Positions 1-9,762 of a DNA stretch of 64,000 nt are shown here, in pieces. The notes beneath the pieces are model-generated. The model ran no database searches, was not told the origin of the DNA, and saw only the letters and a program-made list of their open reading frames with translations. The translations under genes and the position numbers were made by a program. Every line of letters starts with the position of its first letter. Positions within the stretch are counted from its first letter, which is position 1. Origin of the DNA: an uncultured Thermoleophilaceae bacterium (GTDB taxonomy: Bacteria; Actinomycetota; Thermoleophilia; Solirubrobacterales; Thermoleophilaceae); the NCBI GenBank assembly GCA_963762265.1, contig CAVXKC010000009.1:360410-424409 (forward strand), written 5' to 3'.

Positions 1-422
1 GGCGGGCCGCGAACGTGTTCGACCGGCTCGTCGTGGGGGTGGTCGACCAGCCGGTGCGCAAGCAGAAGACCCTCTTCGGTGCGGAGGAACGAGTCGCGTT
101 CATCGAGGAGCAGGTGGCGGAATACGGGAATGTGCAGGTAAAAACCTTTGATACCCTGCTCGTCGATTTCGCTCGGGAGCACGGCGCCAAATCGATAGTC
201 AAGGGGCTGCGGGCGATCTCGGACTTCGAATACGAGTTCGAGATGAACCAGCTCAACCGAAAGCTGGCGCCGGACATCGAGAGCATCTATCTGATGGCAG
301 CGCCACAGTTCAGCTTCCTTTCCTCGAGTGGAGTGAAGGAACTGGCAATGTTTGGCGGTGACGTGAACGGCCTCGTGCCCGACCGTGTCGCCGCTCGCTT
401 GCAGGAAGAACTCAAGCGGTGA
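1..422 (+). CDS. coaD: phosphopantetheine adenylyltransferase, 5'-truncated by window edge
   Basis: ORF 15..422, with the frame open to base 1, reads FDRLVVGVVDQPVRKQKTLFGAEERVAFIEEQ...KGLRAISDFEYEFEMNQLNRKLAPDIESIYLMA...SSSGVKELAMFGGDV. This is the CoaD core. The N-terminal ~25 aa lie upstream of the window. Confidence 0.85.
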   Translation, partial: RAANVFDRLVVGVVDQPVRKQKTLFGAEERVAFIEEQVAEYGNVQVKTFDTLLVDFAREHGAKSIVKGLRAISDFEYEFEMNQLNRKLAPDIESIYLMAAPQFSFLSSSGVKELAMFGGDVNGLVPDRVAARLQEELKR

Positions 423-440
423 AGAACTGAGGAACCGCCC

Positions 441-917
441 ATGGACGTACTCGTCCTAATCGACAAGCTCGACGACACGATTCACAACGCCAAGCCCGTC
501 CCGCTGACGGATCAGGTGCGCGTGGACAAGGAAGAGGTCTACGACATCCTCGACCAGATGCGCGCGACGATCCCGGAGGAGATCAAGCAGGCGCGCTGGA
601 TCGTGAAGGAGCGCCAGGAGATGCTCGCCGAAGCCAAGCGGGAGGCCGAGCGCATCGTCAAGGAGTCGCGCGACGAGCAGACCCGACTGATCTCCGAGGA
701 GGAGGTCGTCAAGCAGGCAGAGCGCCAGGCCGAGGAGATCATCGAGGACGCTCGCGCCCGCGAGCGCGAGATCCGCCTGGGCGCGGAGGACTACGCCGAC
801 GACATCCTGAACACGCTCGAGGTCAACCTGACCAAGTTCATCGCGGCGGTGCAGCGCGGCCGCGATCGGCTGCAGGGCCGCGAGCACGAAGAGGCCGAGG
901 TCGGCAGCGGGTCTTAG
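441..917 (+). CDS. charged coiled-coil protein (ATP-synthase-b/DivIVA-like), function unknown
   Basis: Intact 158-aa ORF 18 nt after coaD. It is rich in E/R/K/A heptad-like sequence (EEIKQARWIVKERQEMLAEAKREAERIVKESRDEQ...). No catalytic motif recognised. Confidence 0.55.
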   Translation: MDVLVLIDKLDDTIHNAKPVPLTDQVRVDKEEVYDILDQMRATIPEEIKQARWIVKERQEMLAEAKREAERIVKESRDEQTRLISEEEVVKQAERQAEEIIEDARAREREIRLGAEDYADDILNTLEVNLTKFIAAVQRGRDRLQGREHEEAEVGSGS

Positions 918-1678
918 CTGGAGGGGCGAGAGGCCCTGCGATGCTCCGCGAACAGGGTGAGCGCGAAGCGTCCCGCGGGGTGGTCTCGGACGCGCCGGAC
1001 AAGCTCCGCGGTCGGTGGCGGCAGGATCTCCGGCTGCGGGAGAGGAACGCCGTACTCGGGTGGCATGACGAGCGCGGCGGACAGCGCCGCGAAGGTCAGG
1101 TCGGCCGCGCCGAAGCGCTCGCCGCAGAGGTAGGGACGGTCATCGGCGAGCCTGTCCGCGACGAAGTCGAACTCGCGCCACACCGCCTGCTCGTCCTCGG
1201 CCTCGACCCCCGGGCGAATGCCAAGCTCGCGCGTCAGGAAGCGGGTCGCGAAGGGCCAGCCGTAGCGCATCGCCAGGGCCTCCCAGGCCGGGACACCGGC
1301 GTTGTTGAAGCGCAGCGCCAGCCGGCGCTCAGCCAGCATGTGGACGTACATCAGCCTCCGCCCACGCGGGCCGAGGCCCTCGTCGAGGCGCCGGCAGAGG
1401 CCCTCGACCTCGCGGCGCGCGCCCGGCTCCTCGGGGAACAGCCGCTGCTCCGCGGAGGCGCGCCCGTCGACCCAGTCGAGGATCTGAGCCGACTCTCCGA
1501 GCGCGCCGTCCGGCGTGACCAGCACGGGCACCGTGCCCGAGCCGCCCGCGCGCCGCGACACGAGCCGGTGGACGCCCTGGACGTGGCGTTCCTCGCGGTA
1601 GGCGATCGCGGCGCGGTCGAGCGCCCAGCGCGCCTTCTCGCAGTAGTGGCTGATCGGGATGGTTATGAGCCTCAGCAC
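914..1678 (-). CDS. glutathione S-transferase-like protein
   Basis: ORF 914..1738. The thioredoxin-like N-domain reads ITIPISHYCEKARWALDRAAIAYREERH...GTVPVLVTPDGALGESAQILDWVD, followed by a helical C-domain. The GTG at 1678 (VLRLITIP) is the likelier start because ATG 1738 would overlap the divergent GFA gene. Confidence 0.7.
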   Translation of the reverse strand: MLRLITIPISHYCEKARWALDRAAIAYREERHVQGVHRLVSRRAGGSGTVPVLVTPDGALGESAQILDWVDGRASAEQRLFPEEPGARREVEGLCRRLDEGLGPRGRRLMYVHMLAERRLALRFNNAGVPAWEALAMRYGWPFATRFLTRELGIRPGVEAEDEQAVWREFDFVADRLADDRPYLCGERFGAADLTFAALSAALVMPPEYGVPLPQPEILPPPTAELVRRVRDHPAGRFALTLFAEHRRASRPSS

Positions 1679-1713
1679 GGGCGCCAGTATGCCGCGCTGC
1701 GAGGATCTGATGC

Positions 1714-2103
1714 ATGGCCTTCGAAGCGGCGACACCACCCACCGGGCGCTGCCTGTGCGGCGCGGTCAGCTACGAGGTCCACGGGCCGCTGCGCGACGTG
1801 TGGCTGTGCCACTGCCGCGAATGCCGGCGCTGGCACGGGCACGTGTGCGCGATGACCGCCGCACGCAGCGAGCACCTGCGCCTGATCGCCGACCGCGGCC
1901 TGCGCTGGATTGACAGCCCGCGGAGCGCCGCCAACGCCCGGCGCGGCTTCTGCTCGGAGTGCGGCTCGAGCCTCTTCTGGGACGCGCCCGGGCGGGACAC
2001 GATCAGCATCGCGGCGGGGACGCTCGACGCCCCCACCGGGCTCTCGACGACCGGCCAGATCTACGTCGAGGACGCCGGCGACTACTACGAGCTCGATCCG
2101 TAG
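1714..2103 (+). CDS. GFA/CENP-V family protein (glutathione-dependent formaldehyde-activating-like)
   Basis: Intact 129-aa ORF with the Zn-Cys pattern CLCGAVSYEV...CHCRECRRWHG...GFCSECGSSLFW typical of GFA domains. Confidence 0.8.
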   Translation: MAFEAATPPTGRCLCGAVSYEVHGPLRDVWLCHCRECRRWHGHVCAMTAARSEHLRLIADRGLRWIDSPRSAANARRGFCSECGSSLFWDAPGRDTISIAAGTLDAPTGLSTTGQIYVEDAGDYYELDP

Positions 2104-2112
2104 GATCTGGTC

Positions 2113-2493
2113 ATGGCCTCTTACCTGCACACGTGCTATCGCATCGGCGACATCGACCGCTCGATCTCCTTCTACGAGAAGCTCGGCTTCGAGGAGCGCT
2201 GGCGGATGCCGATCGGCGACGAGGCGATCAACGTCTTCATGGGCCTGCCCGGCGCAGACCCGGTCCTCGAGCTGACCTACAACCACGGCGTGGACTCCTA
2301 CGATCTGGGCACGGGCTACAACCACATTGCGCTTGCGGTCGAGGACCTCGATGGCACGCTGGAGAAGCTCGCGGGTGACGGCATCGAGCCCGAGAAGCCG
2401 CCCTACCGGCCGGGCGGGCGCACCGAGGGCTCCTTCATCTGCTTCGTGCGCGACCCGGACGGATACCGGGTCGAGTTGATCGGCCAGAGCTGA
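2113..2493 (+). CDS. gloA: lactoylglutathione lyase (glyoxalase I, VOC family)
   Basis: Intact 126-aa ORF: HTCYRIGDIDRSISFYEKLGF...LELTYNHGVDSYDLGTGYNHIALAVEDLD...FVRDPDGYRVELI, matching the short GloA architecture. Confidence 0.8.
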   Translation: MASYLHTCYRIGDIDRSISFYEKLGFEERWRMPIGDEAINVFMGLPGADPVLELTYNHGVDSYDLGTGYNHIALAVEDLDGTLEKLAGDGIEPEKPPYRPGGRTEGSFICFVRDPDGYRVELIGQS

Positions 2494-2503
2494 GCCCGGC
2501 GGC

Positions 2504-3019
2504 ATGAGTCAGCGCACTGAGGTCTTCAACCTCGGGCGGCTGCGGCTCACCTCCGGGGAGGGCAAGCGGCTGGACCTCGAGGTCCCCGTCGACGGCTTTG
2601 ACTTCGGCGGCCAGAGCTACTCCGTCCCGGGTGGCACGGTGAGCGCGCGGATCGACGTCTCGCGCACGACCTCGGGCTACTCGCTGCGGCTGCGCTTCGA
2701 GGCCGCGCTGATCGGGCCGTGCATGCGCTGCCTCGACGAGGCCGGCCATGCGATCGAGGTCGACGCGCGCGAGGTCGACCAGCCCGGCGGCGGCGAGGAG
2801 CTGAGCTCCCCCTACCTGGAAGAGGGCGAGCTCGACGTGCGTGCCTGGGCGCGCGACGCCCTCGCCCTTGCGCTGCCCACGCAGATCGTCTGTCGCGAGG
2901 AGTGCCTCGGGCTCTGTGCCGTGTGCGGCGAGAACCTCAACGAGGCCGGACCCGGACACGTGCACGAAAAGGAGCCCGACCCGCGCTGGGCCGCGCTGCG
3001 CGAGCTGAAGCTCGAGTAG
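2504..3019 (+). CDS. yceD: YceD/DUF177 family protein (large-subunit rRNA accumulation protein)
   Basis: Intact 171-aa ORF with CMRCLDEA...CREECLGLCAVCGENLN Cys motifs. It sits in the conserved position directly upstream of rpmF. Confidence 0.8.
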   Translation: MSQRTEVFNLGRLRLTSGEGKRLDLEVPVDGFDFGGQSYSVPGGTVSARIDVSRTTSGYSLRLRFEAALIGPCMRCLDEAGHAIEVDAREVDQPGGGEELSSPYLEEGELDVRAWARDALALALPTQIVCREECLGLCAVCGENLNEAGPGHVHEKEPDPRWAALRELKLE

Positions 3020-3111
3020 GGGGTGGGGCCGGATGGCCGGATAGTGCCCACCGCATAGATGCCGCGATCCGGGCGTCAGCACTCGCACTCCCATGGGCAC
3101 TCGCGCTCGCG

Positions 3112-3156
3112 GGTGCCTTAGTTTCTTGTTGCATAGCCCCCACAACCTCAGGCACC
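3112..3156. repeat. 45-nt hairpin element, copy 1 (10-bp arms GGTGCCTTAG / CTCAGGCACC, 25-nt loop)
   Basis: It matches the reverse complement of 36218..36261 at about 40 of 45 aligned positions, including the loop core TTGTTGCAT.GCCCCCA. It lies in the 290-bp yceD-rpmF spacer. Confidence 0.6.
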
Positions 3157-3310
3157 CCTCGAGCCTGACCGCCCACGCCGCACCGGCGGGTTACGGGTGT
3201 TACTTCATTGCCGGCCGTTAGCCCGACGCCGAGAGCCCCGAGCCTCTCGGGTACCGGCCGCAAGCGCTCGGCCCGGCCGAGTGCACGCGGATCACTATCC
3301 TCTCCGCCCG

Positions 3311-3508
3311 ATGGCCGTCCCCAAGCAAAGACAGTCCCACTCGCGCACCAACAAGCGCCGCTCCCAGCACAAGATCACGGCTCCGGCGCTGAGCCGGTGC
3401 CCGCGCTGCCACGAGCCGCGCCGGCCTCATCGCGTCTGCCCGAACTGCGGCACGTACGCCGGGCGCGAGGTGGTCGTGCAAAGGCCGGATACCGACATCG
3501 ACGAGTAG
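3311..3508 (+). CDS. rpmF: 50S ribosomal protein L32
   Basis: ATG at 3311 gives MAVPKQRQSHSRTNKRRSQHKITAPALSRCPRCHEPRRPHRVCPNCGTYAGREVV, the canonical L32 with a CxxC...CxxC zinc ribbon. Confidence 0.9.
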   Translation: MAVPKQRQSHSRTNKRRSQHKITAPALSRCPRCHEPRRPHRVCPNCGTYAGREVVVQRPDTDIDE

Positions 3509-3511
3509 TCG

Positions 3512-4512
3512 GTGGTCGCGGTCGACGCCAACGGCGCCGACCAGGGCCCGGGCGCCGTCGCCGAGGGCGTCCGCCGCTGCGGGCTGCCCGTGCTGCTGTT
3601 CGGGCCTGCTTCGCAGCTCTCGGGCGCCGGAGCGCTGGCGGAGGTCGTCGACGCCCCCGAGGCGATCGAGTCGGGCGCCGAGTCGGCGGCGGCCGCCGTG
3701 CGCGCGCGCCGCGACGCGTCGATCGTGCAGGCCGCCCGCGCCGTCGGCGACGGCCGCGCCGACGCCCTGGTGAGCGCCGGCTCGACCGGTCCCACGCTGG
3801 CGGCGGGAACGCTCGCTATCAAGCGAATCCGCGGCGTGTTCCGGCCGGCGCTCGCGGTGCTGCTGCCGCTGCCCCACGGGGACGTGTTGCTCCTCGACGC
3901 CGGCGCGAGCGTCGAGGTGCGCCCCGAGCACCTCGTCCAGTTCGCCTACATGGGCGCCGGCTTCATGGACGGCGGTGCAGGGGCTGGAGCGCCCGCGCGT
4001 GGGTCTGCTCAGCGTGGGCGAGGAGTCCGGCAAGGGCACGCCCGGACGTGCTCGTCGCTCACGAGCGCCTCGCCGAAGGCAGCCTGAACTTCGTGGGCAA
4101 CGTCGAGGGCTTCGACCTGCCCACCTCGGGGGCGGATGTGATCGTGACCGACGGCTTCACCGGCAACGTCGCGCTGAAGGTGCTCGAGGCCACGGCCAAG
4201 GCGATGGGCGCGGCGGTGCGCGACGCGATCCGCTCGGGTGCGGTCTCCTCGCTCGGCGGGTTGCTTGTCAAGGGCAAGCTGGCCGGCCTGCGCGACCAGC
4301 TCGATCCCGAGCGTGCCGGCGGCGCGATCCTGCTCGGCCTGCGCAAGCCCGTGGTGGTGGCGCACGGCTCCTTTGGGCCGCTCGGGATCGAGAGCGCGGT
4401 CCGGCTCGCCCACCGCGCGGTCGAGGAGGACATGGTCGGACGCACGACGGCCGCCCTCGAGGCAGCCGGGGCCTTGAGGTCCGCGCCCGCTGCTACGGTC
4501 GCCGGGCCGTGA
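3512..4512 (+). pseudogene. plsX: phosphate acyltransferase PlsX, two apparent +1 frameshifts (near 3971 and 4047)
   Basis: The N-terminal part is in frame 2 (VAVDANGADQGP...STGPTLAAGTL...LLLDAGASVEVRPEHLVQFAYMGAGFM). The middle is in frame 3 (LERPRVGLLSVGEESGKGTP). The C-terminal part is in frame 1 (LNFVGNVEGFDL...VIVTDGFTGNVALKVLE...LLGLRKPVVVAHGSF). Confidence 0.8.
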
Positions 4513-4763
4513 CCAGAGCGGAGGTCCTTCAGCGCATCCGGGAGCACCTGGCCACCGAGTTGGAGGTGGATGCGGGGCGTATCGGCGAGGACACGCGTTT
4601 CCGAGAGGACCTCGAGGCGGACTCGCTCGACCTGGTCGAGCTGGTGGTCGAGCTCGAGGACAGCTACGGGGTTCGTATTCCCGACGAGGAGGCGACCAGG
4701 ATCCAGACGGTCGGACAGGCCGCGGACTTCGTCGCCGCCCATGCCGCGGAGCTCGAGCACTGA
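4509..4763 (+). CDS. acpP: acyl carrier protein
   Basis: GTG 4509 overlaps the plsX stop (GTGA). The product reads VTRAEVLQRIREHLATELEVDAGRIGEDTRFREDLEADSLDLVELVVELEDSYGVRIPDEEA, with the DSLD phosphopantetheine site. Confidence 0.85.
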   Translation: MTRAEVLQRIREHLATELEVDAGRIGEDTRFREDLEADSLDLVELVVELEDSYGVRIPDEEATRIQTVGQAADFVAAHAAELEH

Positions 4764-5442
4764 GAGCCTCGCAGCGCTGCTCGGCGAGCTGCCGGAGGAC
4801 CTGCGCCGGCAGGCCTTCACCCATGCGTCGTGGGTGGAGCACCGCTCGCAGTCCTACGAGCGGCTCGCGTTCCTGGGGGACGTGGTCCTGAGCCTGGCCG
4901 TCTCCACCCACCTCTATCCCGCGCTTCGAGCGCTACGGGGCCGGACGCCTGACGAAAGTGCGCGCCCAGGCGGTCAGCGGCGCCTCGTGCGCACGGGTGG
5001 CGCGCGGGCTGGGCGTGGCGGAGGAGCTGCTCAGCGCCGCCCCCGCGGGCACCACCGGGCGCAGCGCGGAGATGCTCTTGGAGTCCGAGCGCGTGCTCGC
5101 CTCGATCTGCGAGGCGATCATCGGGGCGGCTTACCTGGCATTCGGCTTCGAGCGCACCTCACTGGCGGTGGTCGAGTCGTTCGCCGCCGAGATCGACGAG
5201 TCGCTCGAGCACCCGGTGGACTACAAGTCGGTGTTCCAGGAGCGCCTGGCGCGGCGGGCCGAGGTCGTGGTGTACCGAACGGTCTCCGAGGAGGGGCCGG
5301 CTCACGATCGCTCGTTCGTCGTATGTGGCCGAGGTGGCGGGGGAGGAGCTCGGGCGCGGGGAGGGAAAGACGAAGAAGGGCGCGGAGCAGGAAGCCGCGC
5401 TGCAGGCGCTCGACGTGCTTGGACGAGGCGGTGGCCGGCTGA
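4741..5442 (+). pseudogene. rnc: ribonuclease III, two apparent +1 frameshifts (near 4925 and 5318)
   Basis: Frame 1 gives FTHASW...YERLAFLGDVVLSLAVSTHLYP. Frame 2 gives RFERYGAGRLTKVRAQAVSG...ESERVLASICEAIIGAAYLAFG...YKSVFQERL...GPAHDRSFVV. Frame 3 gives the dsRBD tail VAEVAGEELGRGEGKTKKGAEQEAALQAL. The exact stop is uncertain because frame 3 runs into the smc ATG. Confidence 0.8.
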
Positions 5443-8400
5443 TGCACCTACGTTCGATCTCCATGAAGGGCTTCAAGTCCTTCCCGCACCGGACCAAGCT
5501 CGAGTTCGGCACGGGCGTGTCGGTGGTCGTGGGGCCGAACGGCTCAGGCAAGTCGAACATCACCGACGCCGTGCTGTGGGCGCTCGGCGAGCAGTCGCCG
5601 CTGGCGGTGCGCGGCCAGGTGATGAAGGACGTGATCTTCGCCGGCGGCCACGGCGTGCAGGGCTCGGCCGCGGCCGAGGTGGAGGTCGTGATCGACAACT
5701 CCGACGGCCGCCTGGCCACCGAGTTCTCCGAGATCTCGATCGTGCGCCGGCTGGGCCGCGACGGCGAGGGCGAGTACCGGCTGAACGGCGCGCGCTGCCG
5801 CCTGGTGGACGTGATCGAGGTGCTGTCCGACTCCGGGCTCGGCAAGGAGATGCACTCGGTCGTCTCGCAGGGCAAGGTCGAGCAGATCGTGCTCTCGCGC
5901 CCGCGCGAGCGCCGGCTGCTGATCGAGGAGGCCGCCGGGCTCGGCAAGCACCGCAAGCGCCGCCGCCGTGCCCAGCTCAAGCTCGAGCGCACCGAGGAGA
6001 ACCTCGGCCGCGCGCTCGACGTGGAGCGCGAGGCTCGCTCGCGGCTGCGGCCGCTCAAGCGCCAGGCCGAGGCCGCCGAGCTCCACGAGCGCCTCGAGCG
6101 CCAGACGCTCGAGGCGCGCTACGCGCTGGCGCGAGACTCCGCACGCGCGGCCCGCGAGGCGCTGGCCGCCGCCGAGGAGCGAGCCCGTCGGCGCGCGCGG
6201 CGAGCGCGACGAGGCCGAGCGAAGCTGGCCGAGGTGGCGCGCGCGCCGCGAGCAGGCCGAGCAGGCCTTCGCCGCACAGAGCCGTGATCGCGAGCGACTC
6301 CAGGCGCGCGCCTACGCCGCCCGGTCGGCCGCCGAGCGGATCTCGATGCGCCTCGAGCGCGTGCGCGAGCAGACCCACGCGGCCGCCGAGCGACGCGAGC
6401 GCCGCGTGCGCCAGCTCGAGCTGCTCGAGGCCGAGGCTCGAGCGCGAGGCCGCCGCGGCGGCCGACCCGCTACCCGACGAGCGGCTGCCGCGCCCGCCGG
6501 AGGACGCGCACGAGGACGCGGACCGCGCCGGCCACTTGGGACGCGCTCCACGCCGGCCGACCGGATCCGCTCGCTCGAGCGCGAGATCCGGCGCCTCGAG
6601 ACCGACCGCGAGGCGCGTCTGCGCGGACGAGATCGACGCGCTCGAGGCCGAGCGCGCGCAGGCGGAGGCCGAGCGAGAGCGCCTCGAGGCAATCGCGGCC
6701 GGGGCGCGCGCCGCTGCTCGACACCGCCGAGCACGGAGGTCGAGCGCACGCGGGCCGAGCGCCGCGCGCGCGGAGCTGGCGGTCGAGGCCGGCCGGGCGC
6801 GCGCCGCGCAGGCCGGTGCCGAGCTCGCTGCGGTCAACCAGTTCCTGCGGACGGCCGCCTCGGCGGCGGACGGCTCGGCGACGCTCGCCCAGTCGCTCGA
6901 CGTCGAGCCCGGCTACGAGCTGGCGCTCTCGGCCGCGCTCGGCCCGCGCCTGGCCGCCGCGCTCGTCGACGACCTGCCGGCCGGGGAGCGGCTGCTCGAC
7001 GGCGCCGGCGACAAGGGCGGGACCGCGCTCGTCGCGAGTCTGGCCGCGGCCGTCGAGCGCGACGCCCGGGCGGACGGCGAGGCCGCTCCCGGCCGCCGGC
7101 GCGCAGCGGCTGCTCGCCCAGGTGCGGCCCGACGCCGAGGTGGCGGCGGCCTGCCGAGCGGCTGCTGGCGCGGCGTCTGGGTCGTGGACTCGCTGGCGGC
7201 GCTGCCGGACTCCTTCACCGGCGTCGCGGTCACCCGCTCGGGGCGTTCGCTCGACGGCGCGACCGGCGAGCTCTCGCAGGCCCCGGTGGGCGGCGCCGAG
7301 CGCGTGCTCGAGGAGCGCCGGCGGCGCGACGGGCTGATCGCCGCCTCCGAGGCGGCGGTCGCCGACGAGGCCGAGGCCCGGGCGGGCGCGGGCCGAGCCG
7401 TCCGAGGCCGCTGCCGAGGCCGACGTCGCGCGCGAGGAGGCCGACGTGGCGCTGCGGCGCGCCACCCGCGAGGTCGCGGAGGCCGCCGAGCTGCGTCAGC
7501 CGCGCCGAGTGGGTCATGGCGCGCCGGCGCGAGGCGCCCGACGAGGGCCCGGGGGCCGTGCGGCGCGCCGAGCTGCTCGCCGACCTTCGGGCCGAGCGGC
7601 GGCTGGCCGAGCGGTCGAGGGCGAGCGCAGCCGGAGCGCGAGCGGGCCCTCGAGCGGCTTGCGCACGGGCATCGATCGCGACGCCGGCATCGCCCGGGAC
7701 GGCGAGCGCGCCGCGCGGCGCTGGCGGCCGCGAGCGAGGCGGTCGAGCGCTCGGCGCGACGCGCCTCGCGGCGGAGCTCGAGCTGCATGCGGCGAGCGGC
7801 GAGGAGGCGGCGGCCGCGCTGCGCGCGTGCGCCCACGAGGAGGCCGAGCTCCAGCGCGCGGCTGAGGGAGGCCAGCGAGGCCGTGACGGGCGCCGAGGTC
7901 GCGGCCCAGCAGGTGCGCGACACGGCCGCGGAGGTCGAGCGCGACCTGTCCGAGATCGCCGGAGGGCCTTGGACTGGCGCCCGAGCCGGCGACCGAGGCG
8001 CTGCCCGACGACGAGCGCGAGGCGCTCGGGCATGCGCGTCGAGCGCCTGGCACGGCGCCGCGAGCAGCTCGGCCCGGTCAACCCGCTCGCCAAGCAGGAG
8101 TACGACGAGGCGGTGGAGCACGTCGAGGAGCTCGAGGCCCAGCGCAGCGACCTCGAGTCCGCCCTCGCCGAGCTCGAGGGCCTCATCAAGGAGACCGACC
8201 GCCGCATCCGCGAGAGCTTCGAGCAGACCTTCGAGGCCGCGGCCAAGAACTTCGAGGACGTGGTCCAGCACCTGTTCCCGGGCGGCCGCGGCCGGCTGCG
8301 GCTCGTGCAGGCCGAGCAGGCCCCGCGCCCCGTGATCGCCGGCGAGGACGCGCCGAACGCCCCCGAGCCCGACCCGAGACGAGGAAAGCGAGCAGCCCGA

Positions 8401-8763
8401 GGCCGGGCGTGGAGATCGAGGTCACGCCGCCCGGCAAGTCGACCAAGCGCCTGTCGCTGCTGTCCGGCGGCGAGAAGTCGCTGGTGGCGCTCGCCTTCAT
8501 GTTCGCCGTGTTCCTCGCCCGGCCGTGCCCGTTCTACATCCTCGACGAGGTCGAGGCGGCGCTCGACGACATCAACATCGACCGCTTCCTCGAGCTCGTC
8601 AAGCGCTACTCGGACCGCGCCCAGTTCATCGTCGTGACCCACCAGAAGCGCACGATGGACGCCGCCGACACGCTCTACGGCGTGAGCATGGGCGGCGACG
8701 GCATCTCGCGGGTGATCTCGCGCAGGCTCGGCGGCGCCGACGTGGACGAAGTGCGCAGCCTAG
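5442..8763 (+). pseudogene. smc: chromosome segregation protein SMC, at least 10 apparent frame changes
   Basis: The N-terminal head is intact from ATG 5442 (MHLRSISMKGFKSFPHRTKLEFGTGVSVVVGPNGSGKSNITDAVLWALGEQS). Coiled-coil and hinge pieces (SLDVEPGYELALSAALGPRL, VWVVDSLAALP) are scattered over all three frames. The C-terminal head reads LSLLSGGEKSLVALAFMFAVFLARPCPFYILDEVEAALDD...FIVVTHQKRTM. The end is approximate. Confidence 0.8.
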
Positions 8764-8771
8764 GCTCGCCC

Positions 8772-9762
8772 GTGGCACGCACCTGGCAGGAGCTCTTCGT
8801 CACCGGCGAGGACGCCCCGCCCCCGCCGGAGGCCGAGGCCGAGCCCGAGCGCCGCGGCTTCTTTCGGCGCCTGCGCGAGAACATGTCGAAGACGCGCGAG
8901 GCGCTCGGCGCCGAGCTCCAGGCGACGGTGTTCCAGTCGCTCGACGACGAGGCCTTCGAGCACCTCGAGGAGACGCTCATCTACGCCGACGTCGGCGCTC
9001 CGACCACCGCGGTGATCGTCGAGCGGCTCGAGCGCGAGGCCGAGTCCGGCGAGCTGACCGGCGGCGAGGACCTCTCGCGCCGGCTGCGCGAGCTGCTCGC
9101 CGAGACCGCGCGCCTCGACGGCGACACGATCGAGCTGACCGAGCACCCGACGGTGATCCTGGTGGTCGGGGTGAACGGCAGCGGCAAGACCACGACGATC
9201 GGCAAGATCGCCTGGCACCTGCAGAAGGAGCTCGGCCGGTCGGTGCTGCTGGCCGCGGGCGACACCTTCCGCGCCGCGGCGGCCGAGCAGCTCACGCTGT
9301 GGGCCGAGCGGGCCGGCTGCGAGATCGTGCGCGGCGAGGCCGGCTCGGACCCGGGCGCCGTGATGTTCGACGCGATCGAGGCGGCCAAGGCGCGCGGGCA
9401 CGACGTGGTGATCTGCGACACGGCCGGCCGCCTGCACACCCAGCAGCACCTGATGGACGAGCTGCGCAAGGTGCGCAAGGTGATCGCCGCGCCAGGCGCC
9501 CGGCGCTCCGCACGAGACGCTGCTGACGATCGACGCCACCACCGGCCAGAACGGCCTGCGCCAGGCGCTGCTGTTCCGCGAGGCCGTGGACGTGACCGGC
9601 ATCGCGCTCACCAAGCTCGACGGCACGGCCAAGGGCGGCATCGCGCTCGCGATCGCCCAGGAGCTGGGGGTGCCGGTCAAGCTGATCGGGATCGGGGAGG
9701 CGCTCGAGGACCTGCGCCCGTTCGACGCCGACGACTTCGCGCGCGCGATCCTCGAGCCATGA
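8772..9762 (+). pseudogene. ftsY: signal recognition particle receptor FtsY, one apparent +1 frameshift near 9488
   Basis: Recognisable segments are RGFFRRLRENMSKTREAL, VILVVGVNGSGKTTTIGKIA, LLAAGDTFRAAAAEQL and VICDTAGRLHTQQHLMDEL in frame 3. Then [16 protein letters not shown]...[31 protein letters not shown] follow in frame 1, to the TGA at 9760-9762. The start is a guess: GTG 8772. No in-frame stop separates it from smc in this sequence. Confidence 0.8.

Noticed and set aside
4958-8637. Very long ORFs on the + strand (4958..8335, 1125 aa; 5968..8637, 889 aa), and their antisense counterparts, that could be taken for giant novel proteins
   Set aside because: Their sequences are mostly Arg/Ala/Pro/Gly-rich, the hallmark of off-frame translation of very GC-rich DNA with few stop codons. 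Recognisable SMC segments alternate between these frames, so they are composites of real smc pieces and junk.
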